Below, in pieces: positions 9,341 through 19,293 of a stretch of 64,000 bases of DNA. Every line of letters begins with the position of its first letter. Positions within the stretch are counted from its first letter, which is position 1. The translations under genes were made by a program, and so were the position numbers. The DNA is from Patescibacteria group bacterium (GTDB lineage: Bacteria > Patescibacteriota > Minisyncoccia > Phycocordibacterales > PALSA-1337): NCBI GenBank assembly GCA_024654575.1, contig JANLHG010000005.1:65260-129259 (forward strand), written 5' to 3'. The notes beneath the pieces were generated by a model that worked only from the letters and a program-made list of their open reading frames with translations, did no database searches and was not told the DNA's origin.

Positions 9341-10494
9341 CCGTGAAATCTACTGGGGTCAGGCATGATTGATTTATAAAGTTCTATAAGTTTTTTCGCA
9401 ATAATATTACTTGAAAATTGTTTAGAGGTTTCCATAGCTCCAATAGACAAACTCTCACGAAGATTTTTATCTTTAAGTATCTGTCCTGCTTTTTCAATTG
9501 CTTCTGCTTGAGAAGTAACCAAAAAACCATTCTCACCATTTTTTATAATTTCTGGAGCGACACCAATTGGATACACGATAGGTACTAACCCTTGAGACAT
9601 TCCTTCTATCAAACTTAAAGAAAAACCTTCGTAACGTGATGGAATAAATAAAATACTTCCACGAAGTGGTCTAATCAACTCTGGTAGTTTATCCTTTCCA
9701 GTGTTAGAAAATACCGTACTATGAGAAATTTTTGTATGAAGCCATGTCGTCAGTTTTTGATTTTTCGTCATACAAAAAGTAATTTTTGGAACATTTGGAA
9801 AATGTTGATAAAAATTAATAAGACGATCTAACCCTTTAAGTTTTAAAGTAAAAGCATCCCCACCAAGACGTCCGAGAAAAACCAAACTTGGTTCTGGTGC
9901 GAAATCTTGCCCCGATGGTTCAAGCCAATAATCTTCTATAGCATTATGAATAAGCTGAATTTTTTCTTTTTTAACACCAGATGTAAGTAATTCAGTACGC
10001 ACATTTTCAGATGTAGCCACAACTGCAGTCGCACGAGATGCTACATATTCCTCTATATCAGCAATATCACGCATCGGTCTACGTGTTTTTATATTTAATT
10101 CACTTATAACACCATCTTTTTTTAATCTATACCAAATTTTTTTACATCCATTTTCTAATTTATTAGCCATCGGAGTTGAATTCAAAAATCCTCTTGTAGT
10201 AGAACCAAAATGACTAACTACAGGAACTGGATAGGCTAAAAAAGGTAAAGGTGTATAAGTAGTACCTTGAATAACATTGAATTTTAAAATTTCTCTTCGA
10301 CGTTCAAGTAATGAATAAAAAAATAAAATACTTTTGAGACCGCCTAAATGTACAGGTGTATCAACGAGAGATGTTTTTGGATAAAAATTTTTAATATCCA
10401 AACCAGAACCTTTTAACTTAAGAGACATCAAGTCGTTTATGTAATGTGCGCCTGTACCAAGTTTTTTTTCATTATGTATAAAGGCAATCTTCAT
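9331..10494 (-). CDS. Glycosyltransferase family 4
   Basis: PSRYEGFSLSLIEGM (EX7E) and IIKNGENGFLV motifs. Confidence 0.9.
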   Translation of the reverse strand: MKIAFIHNEKKLGTGAHYINDLMSLKLKGSGLDIKNFYPKTSLVDTPVHLGGLKSILFFYSLLERRREILKFNVIQGTTYTPLPFLAYPVPVVSHFGSTTRGFLNSTPMANKLENGCKKIWYRLKKDGVISELNIKTRRPMRDIADIEEYVASRATAVVATSENVRTELLTSGVKKEKIQLIHNAIEDYWLEPSGQDFAPEPSLVFLGRLGGDAFTLKLKGLDRLINFYQHFPNVPKITFCMTKNQKLTTWLHTKISHSTVFSNTGKDKLPELIRPLRGSILFIPSRYEGFSLSLIEGMSQGLVPIVYPIGVAPEIIKNGENGFLVTSQAEAIEKAGQILKDKNLRESLSIGAMETSKQFSSNIIAKKLIELYKSIMPDPSRFHGGR

Positions 10495-10500
10495 TAATTG

Positions 10501-10659
10501 TTATTTTTTAGCTTCTTTATGAATAGTGTTTTTCTTACACCAATTACAAAACTTCTTTAGTTCAATTTTTCGTTCCACTTTTTTCTTATTTTTACTAGTC
10601 ATGTAATTCATCCTCTTACAATCCTTACAGACCATTTTTATGAGTCGTTCTTGAGACAT
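10501..10659 (-). CDS. rpmG: 50S ribosomal protein L33 (zinc-ribbon type)
   Basis: Below the ORF-track cutoff; manual translation MSQERLIKMVCKDCKRMNYMTSKNKKKVERKIELKKFCNWCKKNTIHKEAKK. Confidence 0.95.
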   Translation of the reverse strand: MSQERLIKMVCKDCKRMNYMTSKNKKKVERKIELKKFCNWCKKNTIHKEAKK

Positions 10660-10701
10660 ATTGTTTAAATTTAATGTTTTTTAACTATAACTTATATAAT
10701 C

Positions 10702-12027
10702 TTAAAACACAATACATTTCACAAATTTCTCTCCCCTATCAAATTCATTTTTAAACATGCCAAAAGAAGCAAAAGCGGGGCTCAATAAAATATTATCGCC
10801 AGATTGAGCCATATTTATAGATTTTTGTACTGCTTCTTCTAATGTTTTTACAAAAACCACTCTGGTATTTTGAAATGTCTTTAATTCATTTTTAATCCTA
10901 TTTGTTCCAGTTCCCGGAAGTACAAAAATTGCTTTACAATGTTTAGGAATAGTTTCAATCAAATTATTCATATTGAGATTTTTATCAGCTCCTCCCATTA
11001 TGAGAATAATATTTTTATCAAGCGCTTTAATTCCTGCAATCGTTGCTTCAGGAGTAGTAGCTGTAGTGTCATTATATATATTTACCCCATTAATAGAGTT
11101 TATGAGTTCAAGTCGTCCCGATACACCCACAAAATCTTCAACAACTTTTTTTATTATATTTTTTGGTACTTTAAGTATGTCAGCGACGCTAATAGCTAAC
11201 GCGATATTATATTTATTATGTTCTCCTAAAAGTTTCGATTTTATTTCAAGAAACGAAGTAATATCTGGAATAATTATTTTTGACTTGATTTTGTCTTTAT
11301 ATTTTTTCAAAACAATCTCAGAGGCTTGACTGCCAATAATTAAAAAATCTTCGGATTTTTGATTTATAAAAATGTTAGCTTTATCTGCAAGGTATATATC
11401 AAGATTATTTTTATAGTAATTTAAATGATCTGGGAAAAAAGTGGTAAACACTGAAATATGTGGACTTATCTTTATTTCACCAAATCCTTGTAATTGCCAT
11501 GAATCCAATTCCAAAACTGCAATATCTCTTTCTTGAGCTTCTTTAATAAATGGTAAAGTTGCCACTCCTTTAACATTACCTCCTAAAAAAATATTTTTAT
11601 CTGGAAATGCTGTTTTTAAAATTTCATAAAGAAGATGTGTCACTGTAGATTTACCACGAGTACCTGTAATACCAACAATCATTGCTGGAGTCAGTCTAGC
11701 AAAAAGAGAGGTACTCATTTCTATAGGTATATTGTTTTTTCTAGCTTCTTCAATATACATTGAATCCATAGGCACTCCAGCTGATTTAATTATCATATCT
11801 CTATTCTTAAAGTCTTCTAAGCGGTGTTCACCTAATGTAAACTTTATATTTTTATAAGACGACAAAAGAATCAAGCTTTCAACTAGTTGTTCTTCAGTTT
11901 TTAAGTCAGTGACAATTAAATCAGCTCCACATTCTGCTAAAAATTTAACGTCATTAATCCCTCGCCCAAGAAGTCCTAAACCCATCACTGTAATTTTTTT
12001 GTTTTTAAAAAGATTTTGTATAGTCAT
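10702..12027 (-). CDS. murD: UDP-MurNAc-L-Ala:D-Glu ligase
   Basis: GITGTRGKST, ELDSWQL, DHLNYY, NDT and LLSPAFASF..F..RG motifs. Confidence 0.93.
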   Translation of the reverse strand: MTIQNLFKNKKITVMGLGLLGRGINDVKFLAECGADLIVTDLKTEEQLVESLILLSSYKNIKFTLGEHRLEDFKNRDMIIKSAGVPMDSMYIEEARKNNIPIEMSTSLFARLTPAMIVGITGTRGKSTVTHLLYEILKTAFPDKNIFLGGNVKGVATLPFIKEAQERDIAVLELDSWQLQGFGEIKISPHISVFTTFFPDHLNYYKNNLDIYLADKANIFINQKSEDFLIIGSQASEIVLKKYKDKIKSKIIIPDITSFLEIKSKLLGEHNKYNIALAISVADILKVPKNIIKKVVEDFVGVSGRLELINSINGVNIYNDTTATTPEATIAGIKALDKNIILIMGGADKNLNMNNLIETIPKHCKAIFVLPGTGTNRIKNELKTFQNTRVVFVKTLEEAVQKSINMAQSGDNILLSPAFASFGMFKNEFDRGEKFVKCIVF

Positions 12028-12832
12028 TGAATAGTTTCATCATTTTTTTAGTACCAACACCAACTGAACTAGAGCCGATTTTTTTATTATCAATACTAAT
12101 AATAGGCACAATATCTTTAAAACTGCCAGTAATAAAAATCTCATCAGCATTTGTGACTTCTTTCACACTCACCAATCTTTCCTCAATTTTGAAATGTTTT
12201 TGAGCCAACTCAAGTATAACTTTTCGTGTAATACCTTGAAAAATACTTTCTTTGGATGTTATAAGTTTATCACTTTTAAACATAAAAAAATTACTCATTG
12301 AAGCTTCAAGAACCTTATCTTTAGAAGTAAAAAGTACTTCAATAGCGTTATGTTTTTCTCGATAATCCTGAAGAGAAATAGCTCTAATGTAATTAATGGT
12401 TTTAATTTCTGGCAATAATCTTTGGTGCTCAAAAGTAACAAGTGATGCTCCTTCTGTATATATTTTTTTAGGAAGAGATTTCCATTCTTCAGCGAGAATA
12501 TAAAATGTTGGCTTTTCTTTATGATAACAAACACCTTTTTCTGTTTTACCACCAGTCAAAATAAGTCTAAAATTAGTACGTTTAAAATTATGTTTTTTAA
12601 TAAGTTCTTCTAAAACTTCAGCAATTTTTTTTCTAGAATAAGGAATTTTTAAATTAAGTGTTTTTGCAGATTTTTCAAATTGATCAAAATGGTCATCTAA
12701 TCTAAATGGTTTGCTATTTGCAGTTGTAATTCCTGCATAAATACCATAACCACGCAAAAGGCCGATATCTTCAATTGATACTTTGGCCTCTTCTGTAGGC
12801 ATAATTACATTATTTAAAAAACAATATCGCAT
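12005..12832 (-). CDS. PLP-dependent class IV aminotransferase, probably D-amino acid aminotransferase
   Basis: RGYGI, FRLDDH, IKTINY, EASMSN and GITRK motifs; lies between murD and alr. Confidence 0.85.
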   Translation of the reverse strand: MRYCFLNNVIMPTEEAKVSIEDIGLLRGYGIYAGITTANSKPFRLDDHFDQFEKSAKTLNLKIPYSRKKIAEVLEELIKKHNFKRTNFRLILTGGKTEKGVCYHKEKPTFYILAEEWKSLPKKIYTEGASLVTFEHQRLLPEIKTINYIRAISLQDYREKHNAIEVLFTSKDKVLEASMSNFFMFKSDKLITSKESIFQGITRKVILELAQKHFKIEERLVSVKEVTNADEIFITGSFKDIVPIISIDNKKIGSSSVGVGTKKMMKLFNDYTKSF

Positions 12833-12862
12833 TTGTCTTATACTATATGATATCATTACATT

Positions 12863-13999
12863 ATGGTCAAAAGACTCATACGCTATTTACGAGCATTACA
12901 ATTTCACTACACTCCACTTGTAGAAATTACTATTTCCAAAGGACGAATGCTTCATAACTTACATACTTTTCAAAAAATAAATTCTGAAGTAAAAATTGCT
13001 CCGGTACTAAAAAGTAATGCTTACGGTCATGACCTAAAAATTATTGCCAAAATAATAGATAGAGAAAATATCCCTTTTATTGTTGTTGACTCCTATCATG
13101 AAGCTATGATTCTCCGTAATGAAAGAATACAATCGTCAATTCTGATTATTGGCTACACAGCGATTGAAAACATTATTTATAATAAACTTCCTAACACCAC
13201 TTTTGTTATTACGGGATTTGAACAGTTACAAGAAATAGTGGCGTTAGTCACGAAACCCACTCATTTTCATATAAAAATTGATACCGGAATGCATAGACAA
13301 GGAATAATCTCTAATCAAATTAGTGAAGCACACGAACTAATAAATACAAATAAAAATATTATTATTGATGGGGTTTGTTCTCATTTTGCAGACGCAGACG
13401 GTAAAGATCTAGACTTCACTAAAATTCAGATTAATGAATGGAATAAATTAGTAAAACAAGTTATACAGGAATTTCCAATGATAAAATATCGACATATTTC
13501 AGCAACCAGCGGTGCTTTATATATAAATGAAATAGATGCAAATGTTTTGCGACTTGGTATTGGACTTTATGGTGTGGATCCAAATGGTAAATTAGACCTT
13601 AAGCCAGTTTTAGAAATGAAATCAATAATAAGTGGAACAAAGATAATAGAAAAAGATCAAAAAATAGGTTACAACTGCACATATGAAGCTAAAGAAAAAA
13701 TGAAAATTGCTATTATTCCCGCTGGATATTATGAAGGAATTGATAGACGACTTTCTAATAAAGGTTTTTTAAAAATAGATAATATATTTTGTCCCATTGT
13801 AGGAAATATCAGTATGAATATAACCGCAATTGATATTACCAATGTTCCTAATGCAAAATTCAAAACACCTGTTACCATCATCAGTTCAAACCCTGGAGAT
13901 AAAAATTCAATTGAAAATATTGCTAGAATAAACAGTGCAATCCCCTATGACATTATGGCTCACATTCCACAACAATTGCGACGAAAAGTCACTACATAG
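12863..13999 (+). CDS. alr: Alanine racemase
   Basis: VLKSNAYGH, KIDTGMHRQG, SHFADAD and RLGIGLYG motifs. Confidence 0.96.
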   Translation: MVKRLIRYLRALQFHYTPLVEITISKGRMLHNLHTFQKINSEVKIAPVLKSNAYGHDLKIIAKIIDRENIPFIVVDSYHEAMILRNERIQSSILIIGYTAIENIIYNKLPNTTFVITGFEQLQEIVALVTKPTHFHIKIDTGMHRQGIISNQISEAHELINTNKNIIIDGVCSHFADADGKDLDFTKIQINEWNKLVKQVIQEFPMIKYRHISATSGALYINEIDANVLRLGIGLYGVDPNGKLDLKPVLEMKSIISGTKIIEKDQKIGYNCTYEAKEKMKIAIIPAGYYEGIDRRLSNKGFLKIDNIFCPIVGNISMNITAIDITNVPNAKFKTPVTIISSNPGDKNSIENIARINSAIPYDIMAHIPQQLRRKVTT

Positions 14000-14019
14000 G
14001 AAACTCCTATGTAGTGACT
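13987..14019. repeat. Perfect 14-bp inverted repeat over the alr stop codon (palindromic element or terminator)
   Basis: agtcactacatagg-aaact-cctatgtagtgact. Confidence 0.8.
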
Positions 14020-14024
14020 AATTG

Positions 14025-14106
14025 TGCGCCGGGTTGGACTCGAACCAACGATGCCCGAAGGCCGGAGATTTACAGTCTCCTGGAATAGCCGCTATCCGAC
14101 CGGCGC
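14025..14106 (-). tRNA. tRNA-Tyr(GTA), 3' CCA not encoded
   Basis: Reverse complement folds into a cloverleaf; loop CTGTAAA; variable arm ggccttcgggc. Confidence 0.93.
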
Positions 14107-14143
14107 ATAACATATAGAATATCATAAAAAACTCAAAAATCCA

Positions 14144-16840
14144 CTAGACAGAAGTTACTTCCAATTCCCTCTTCTCAAAAAAAGTTCCATTTCTTCTACC
14201 TTTTTTTATGTCAAAAGCAAATTCACCATTTTTTATGTAGATACTTATAACCCCACCTTTCAAAACATTTTGAGAAATAATCATATTAGCTACAGGTGTA
14301 AGAATTTTATTTTGAATAATTCTTTTTAGTGGTCGTGCACCGTATTGCGGATTATATCCCTCTTTAGTTAAATAAGATAAAACTTCTTCTGAAATTTCGA
14401 GAGTAATTTCTTTCACTTTCAGACGTTCTTTTACGAGCTCAACTTGAATTTTAACAATATCTTCAATAGCTTTAGAAGAAAGCACATCAAAAACAATAAT
14501 ATCATCTAGACGATTCAAAAACTCCGGACGAAAATGGTCTTTAAGATTACTCAAAACTTTATCTTTCATTCCAACATAATCATCCACTTTTGTAGCGTCG
14601 GAGGTAGTAAAACCAATTTTCTGCATTCGTTCAATGTATTGAGCACCGACATTTGAGGTCATTATTATGACAGTATTCTTAAAATTAACTGTTCGTCCTT
14701 TTGAATCAGTCAATCGCCCATTATCAAGAACTTGAAGAAGAACATTAAAAACTTCCGGATGAGCTTTTTCAATTTCATCAAAAAGAATTACCGCATAAGG
14801 TCTGCGTCTGATTATTTCAGTTAATCCTCCACCCTCATCATGACCAACATATCCTGGTGGTGCACCGATAAGTTTTGAAACGGAATGTTTTTCCATATAT
14901 TCCGACATATCAACACGAACAAGAGCTTTTTCATCATCAAACATAAATTCTGCCAAAGCTTTCGTAAGTTCAGTTTTTCCAACTCCTGTTGGACCTAAAA
15001 ATATAAACGAACCAATAGGTCGATTAGGATCAGATATTCCCGCTCTAGACCTTTTAACCGTATCAGCTATTTTTCTGACGGCTTCATCCTGTCCAATAAT
15101 CCGTTTTTTGATTTCCTTGTCCATACGATTTAGTTTTTGTGCTTCCTCTTCAAGCATTCTAGACACAGGAATGCCAGTCCATCTAGCTACGACTTCCGCA
15201 ATATCCTGCTCTGTAATTTCTTCTTTCAAAATTCGTCTTGATGATTGAAGTTTTTTCAATCTCTTTGATTTATTATCAAGTTCTTTTTCTAAAGTCGGGA
15301 TTTTTCCATATCTTATCTCTGCTGCTTTACCTAAATCAGCCCGTGATTCAGCACCTTCAGCTTCTAGTCGCAAAGTTTCTAAATCTTTTTTATCTTTTTT
15401 GATACCCATCAACATTTCCTTTTCATTTTTCCACTTCAATTCAAGTTCACTAGTTTTTTCTTTCAAATCACCGATTTCTTGCTCAATTTTTTTAATTCGC
15501 GCTTTAGCATTTTTGTTTGCCTGCGTAGGCAGGGTTGTCTCTTTTTTGAGAGCTTCTTTTTCAATTTCCAAACGCATAACTTTTCTACGAGTTTCTTCTA
15601 GAATAGGAGGCATATTTTCTAAAGATATTTTTAAACCAGATGCTGCTTCATCTATTAAATCCACGACTTTATCTGGTAAAAATCTATCCGTGATATATCT
15701 TGATGCCAAATTGACAGCAGAAATAATAGCATCATCAGTAATTCTCACTCCGTGAAAAAGTTCATATTTTTCTTTAAGTCCACGAAGAATAGCGATAGCA
15801 TCAGTATCTGTTGGTTCATTAACATAAACAGGTTGAAAACGACGAGTTAATGCTGGATCTTTTTCAATATGTTTTTGATACTCACGAAGTGTTGTAGCTC
15901 CGATAGCTCTTAATTCACCTTTGGATAAAGCTGGTTTCAACATATTTGAAGCATCCATAGAACCTTCTGCAGCACCTGCTCCAACAATAGTATGAATTTC
16001 ATCTATAAAAAGAATAACTTTTCCTTCAGAACGTTCCACTTCTTTTAAAATATTTTTTAATCTTTCTTCAAATTCTCCACGATACTTTGTACCAGCAATT
16101 AAAGAACCTAGATCAAGTGAAATAAGTTCTTTATCACGAAGTGATTCTGGTACATCACCCATAGCAACACGAATAGCCAAACCTTCCACAATAGCTGTTT
16201 TACCGACACCAGCTTCACCTATTAAAATAGGATTATTTTTTGTACGACGAGAAAGAATTTGAATAATTCTAGAAATTTCATTATCTCTACCAATGACTGG
16301 ATCAAGTTTATTTTCTCTCGCTAATTTTGTTAAACTTCTAGCGTATTTTGCTAGTGCTCTAAATTTTTTTGGCTGACCAACATCCGTAACTTTAGTATTT
16401 TTTAATTCTTGCACAACATTCAACACAGCTGTTCTTTCTATTCTAAAACGATTAAGAATTTCTCTTGCTGAGCTCGGAATATCAAACATAGCTAAAAATA
16501 AATGTTCAGTAGAAATGAATTCATCTTTAAGGGCTAGAGCAACTTTTGCTCCACCTTCAATAACTTGAGCTAAATCTGGAGTTAAATAAATTTGATATGA
16601 CGGTGAAAGAGTATTACCTCCTTCCGGAGCATCTAAACTTTCAATGAGTGAATCAGTCAAAAGCATTGTATCTACTTCTAATCGGTCCAAAATTGACGCC
16701 ACCATACTCTCCTCTTGAAGAATGAGAGCTGTGAGTAAATGAATGGGATTAACATGATTTTGACCACGTTCTATCGCCAGCTCATGAGCTTTTCGTACGG
16801 CCTCTTTTGCTTTTGTAGTAAAATGGCTAAATGGTGGCAT
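14144..16840 (-). CDS. clpB: ATP-dependent chaperone ClpB
   Basis: Two AAA+ modules ([16 protein letters not shown]), long middle coiled coil, GARPLKR. Confidence 0.95.
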   Translation of the reverse strand: MPPFSHFTTKAKEAVRKAHELAIERGQNHVNPIHLLTALILQEESMVASILDRLEVDTMLLTDSLIESLDAPEGGNTLSPSYQIYLTPDLAQVIEGGAKVALALKDEFISTEHLFLAMFDIPSSAREILNRFRIERTAVLNVVQELKNTKVTDVGQPKKFRALAKYARSLTKLARENKLDPVIGRDNEISRIIQILSRRTKNNPILIGEAGVGKTAIVEGLAIRVAMGDVPESLRDKELISLDLGSLIAGTKYRGEFEERLKNILKEVERSEGKVILFIDEIHTIVGAGAAEGSMDASNMLKPALSKGELRAIGATTLREYQKHIEKDPALTRRFQPVYVNEPTDTDAIAILRGLKEKYELFHGVRITDDAIISAVNLASRYITDRFLPDKVVDLIDEAASGLKISLENMPPILEETRRKVMRLEIEKEALKKETTLPTQANKNAKARIKKIEQEIGDLKEKTSELELKWKNEKEMLMGIKKDKKDLETLRLEAEGAESRADLGKAAEIRYGKIPTLEKELDNKSKRLKKLQSSRRILKEEITEQDIAEVVARWTGIPVSRMLEEEAQKLNRMDKEIKKRIIGQDEAVRKIADTVKRSRAGISDPNRPIGSFIFLGPTGVGKTELTKALAEFMFDDEKALVRVDMSEYMEKHSVSKLIGAPPGYVGHDEGGGLTEIIRRRPYAVILFDEIEKAHPEVFNVLLQVLDNGRLTDSKGRTVNFKNTVIIMTSNVGAQYIERMQKIGFTTSDATKVDDYVGMKDKVLSNLKDHFRPEFLNRLDDIIVFDVLSSKAIEDIVKIQVELVKERLKVKEITLEISEEVLSYLTKEGYNPQYGARPLKRIIQNKILTPVANMIISQNVLKGGVISIYIKNGEFAFDIKKGRRNGTFFEKRELEVTSV

Positions 16841-16856
16841 ATTTAATTAAATTGTA

Positions 16857-17675
16857 CTACTTATTTATACTATCTGTCAATAAATTTGCAATAATAGCTG
16901 AAGGGAGATAGAAACTTTTGATTTCATTATCTGAATTAAGTTTTGTAATTTTTAATCCAACAACTTCACCAGAAAGATTAATGAGTGGGCTTCCATTTAA
17001 AGAAGAACGACTATCAATATCTGTTTTGATTGCTGACGCAGTTTTATCAGTAGTTGTCGCATTATCATCTCCGATTACTTCAGAAACAATACCCATAGCG
17101 ACATTCATAGTTATTTTACCACCTAGTGAAAGTACACTTTGACCAAGATGTGCTGGAATTTTAGAAAGAATAACAGGAACAAACGGTCCTGTTGACGTAA
17201 TACTAAATAGAGCAAGACCTTCATCAGAAGTTTTTTGTAATTGAAGCGGATAATTTTTTCCTCCAGAAACAAGAGCTACATAATTTCCTTGAGCTGACAC
17301 AACATCTTTATCTGCAATAATTTTTCCATCTTTAGTAACAAAAACACCGAGACCTAAAAAACTATCAGGTGTAGTAGAAGAAGTGGTTGAATTTGTGGAA
17401 TAGATACGAACCACACTATCAGAGTTTTTATTTATGGCCTCAATGGCTTGGTCCTCCGAACGTACAACAATTGTTTCTTTTGTAACTACAGCGGCACTTT
17501 GTGTATTAGGTACTACCTTTTCAATAGTCCTTTCAACTACTCGATTGACTACCTGAGGTACACTTGGGGTACTCTGATCCACAAGAGAAACTGTCACAAT
17601 CCCAGTAGTAATAGAAGTGACAAAAGCCACCAATAAAGCTACGAGTACGATTTGATGTTTAGTAAGATGTTCCAT
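16857..17675 (-). CDS. Membrane-anchored trypsin-like (S1C/HtrA-like) domain protein, catalytic residues apparently lost
   Basis: GLGVFVTKDGKII and GSPLINLSGEVVG scaffold; no TNxH or GNSGG. Confidence 0.7.
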   Translation of the reverse strand: MEHLTKHQIVLVALLVAFVTSITTGIVTVSLVDQSTPSVPQVVNRVVERTIEKVVPNTQSAAVVTKETIVVRSEDQAIEAINKNSDSVVRIYSTNSTTSSTTPDSFLGLGVFVTKDGKIIADKDVVSAQGNYVALVSGGKNYPLQLQKTSDEGLALFSITSTGPFVPVILSKIPAHLGQSVLSLGGKITMNVAMGIVSEVIGDDNATTTDKTASAIKTDIDSRSSLNGSPLINLSGEVVGLKITKLNSDNEIKSFYLPSAIIANLLTDSINK

Positions 17676-17693
17676 AATTAATTTTAATATCTA

Positions 17694-18773
17694 TTATACA
17701 TGCTTTTTAACCACTTTGACAAGTTTGTCAATGTTTTTCTTAGTTGTGTCTCTACCTAAAGTAATCCTAATCGCATTTTTAGGATTACTATTCCCTATCG
17801 CTTTCAAAACGTAAGATTCGTTTTCATCCTTCAAACAAGAGCTTTTTGTGGAAACTGCAATACCTTCAGCATCAAGTTGTAAAGTTAAAAATTCTGTATC
17901 AATATTAGAAATAGAAATATTGATATTATTAGCTATTCTTTTTTTTCTGTCTCCATTTAACTTTGCTCCACATTCTTTTTCTAATTTTTGAATACAATAA
18001 TCTCGCAATTCGCAAAGTCGTGTTACTTCTTTTTGTTGTTCATTTTTTGCTAATTCAACAGCTTTTACAAAACCTTTTACTGCTGGCAGATTTTCTGTAC
18101 CCAATTTCAATTCTTTTTCCATTATCGTTCTTCTTTTTATGTAAAGCGCTCCAATTCCTTTTGGACCATAAACTTTATGACCGTCCATAGAAAGCATATC
18201 TACACCTAATTTATCTATATTAATATCTAAATATAGTAATGCTTGAGAAGCATCAGTGTGAAATAAAATTGATAAACCACTTTTACGAATTATGTGTGCG
18301 ATTTCTGAAATTGGCTGTATTGTTCCGATTTCATTATTGACAAGCATTATAGATATCAAGACAGTTTCTTTTTTAAGACTATCTTTTAATTCTTTCAAAT
18401 CAATAATTCCGTTTTCATCAACATTTACATACGTAACGCTTAATCCTCTTTTTTCTAATTCTTTAAATACTCTAAGAACTGACGAATGTTCTATAGTTGA
18501 AGTGATAGCGTGCTTTCCTTCCAATTTCATACCTAAAATAGCTAAATTATTAGCTTCTGTTCCATTACTCGTAAAAATTATCTCATCGGAATGAGCGTTA
18601 ATGGAAAAAGCCAAAGATTTTTTTGCTTCTTCTAGAGCTTTTTTAGCATTTACCCCTTCAGTATGAATTGATGAAGGATTTCCATATTCATATCCATAAT
18701 ACTTTACCATTTCCTTCAAAACTTCCTTTCTGGTGGGAGTAATGGATGCATTGTCTAAATATATCCTTTTCAT
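17694..18773 (-). CDS. iscS: Cysteine desulfurase (IscS/NifS family)
   Basis: YLDNASIT, GNPSS, HTDASQ and HKVYGPKGIG motifs; Cys retained in STKSSC. Confidence 0.88.
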   Translation of the reverse strand: MKRIYLDNASITPTRKEVLKEMVKYYGYEYGNPSSIHTEGVNAKKALEEAKKSLAFSINAHSDEIIFTSNGTEANNLAILGMKLEGKHAITSTIEHSSVLRVFKELEKRGLSVTYVNVDENGIIDLKELKDSLKKETVLISIMLVNNEIGTIQPISEIAHIIRKSGLSILFHTDASQALLYLDINIDKLGVDMLSMDGHKVYGPKGIGALYIKRRTIMEKELKLGTENLPAVKGFVKAVELAKNEQQKEVTRLCELRDYCIQKLEKECGAKLNGDRKKRIANNINISISNIDTEFLTLQLDAEGIAVSTKSSCLKDENESYVLKAIGNSNPKNAIRITLGRDTTKKNIDKLVKVVKKHV

Positions 18774-18801
18774 TACTTATTATGATATACTATTTATTTA
18801 T

Positions 18802-19290
18802 ATGATGCATCTTATAGACACAATCACTAATCATGTGGGGATAATCCTCATATCCCTCATCATCCTGTTGATAACACTAGCTTTTTGGTTAATTTATCTA
18901 CAACTTAAAATAAATAAACTTCTACTTGGAACTGGCTCAAAAAACATAGGAGACTCCTTGGTACACATAGATAATAATTTAAAAGATGTAGCTAAGTTTA
19001 GAATTGAATTAGAAGAATATCTACGAACAGTAGAAAAAAGAGTGCGGAAAAGTACACAAGGTATTCATACTGTTCGTTTTAATCCATTCAAAGGTACAGG
19101 TGACGGAAGTAATCAAAGTTTTGCAACAGCTTTGATAAATCAAGAAGGAAATGGAGTTGTCTTTTCTAGTATTTATTCTAGAGACAGAGTAAGTGTCTTT
19201 TCTAAACCATTGATTGCTCATAAATCTGAATTTGAACTTTCTAAAGAAGAATTAGACGCTATTTCAGAAGCTGTAAAAAAATTACAATAA
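18802..19290 (+). CDS. DUF4446-like membrane-anchored protein
   Basis: N-terminal TM; VRFNPF..G..QSFATAL...GNGVVFSSIYSR..KP pattern. Confidence 0.75.
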   Translation: MMHLIDTITNHVGIILISLIILLITLAFWLIYLQLKINKLLLGTGSKNIGDSLVHIDNNLKDVAKFRIELEEYLRTVEKRVRKSTQGIHTVRFNPFKGTGDGSNQSFATALINQEGNGVVFSSIYSRDRVSVFSKPLIAHKSEFELSKEELDAISEAVKKLQ

Positions 19291-19293
19291 ACT

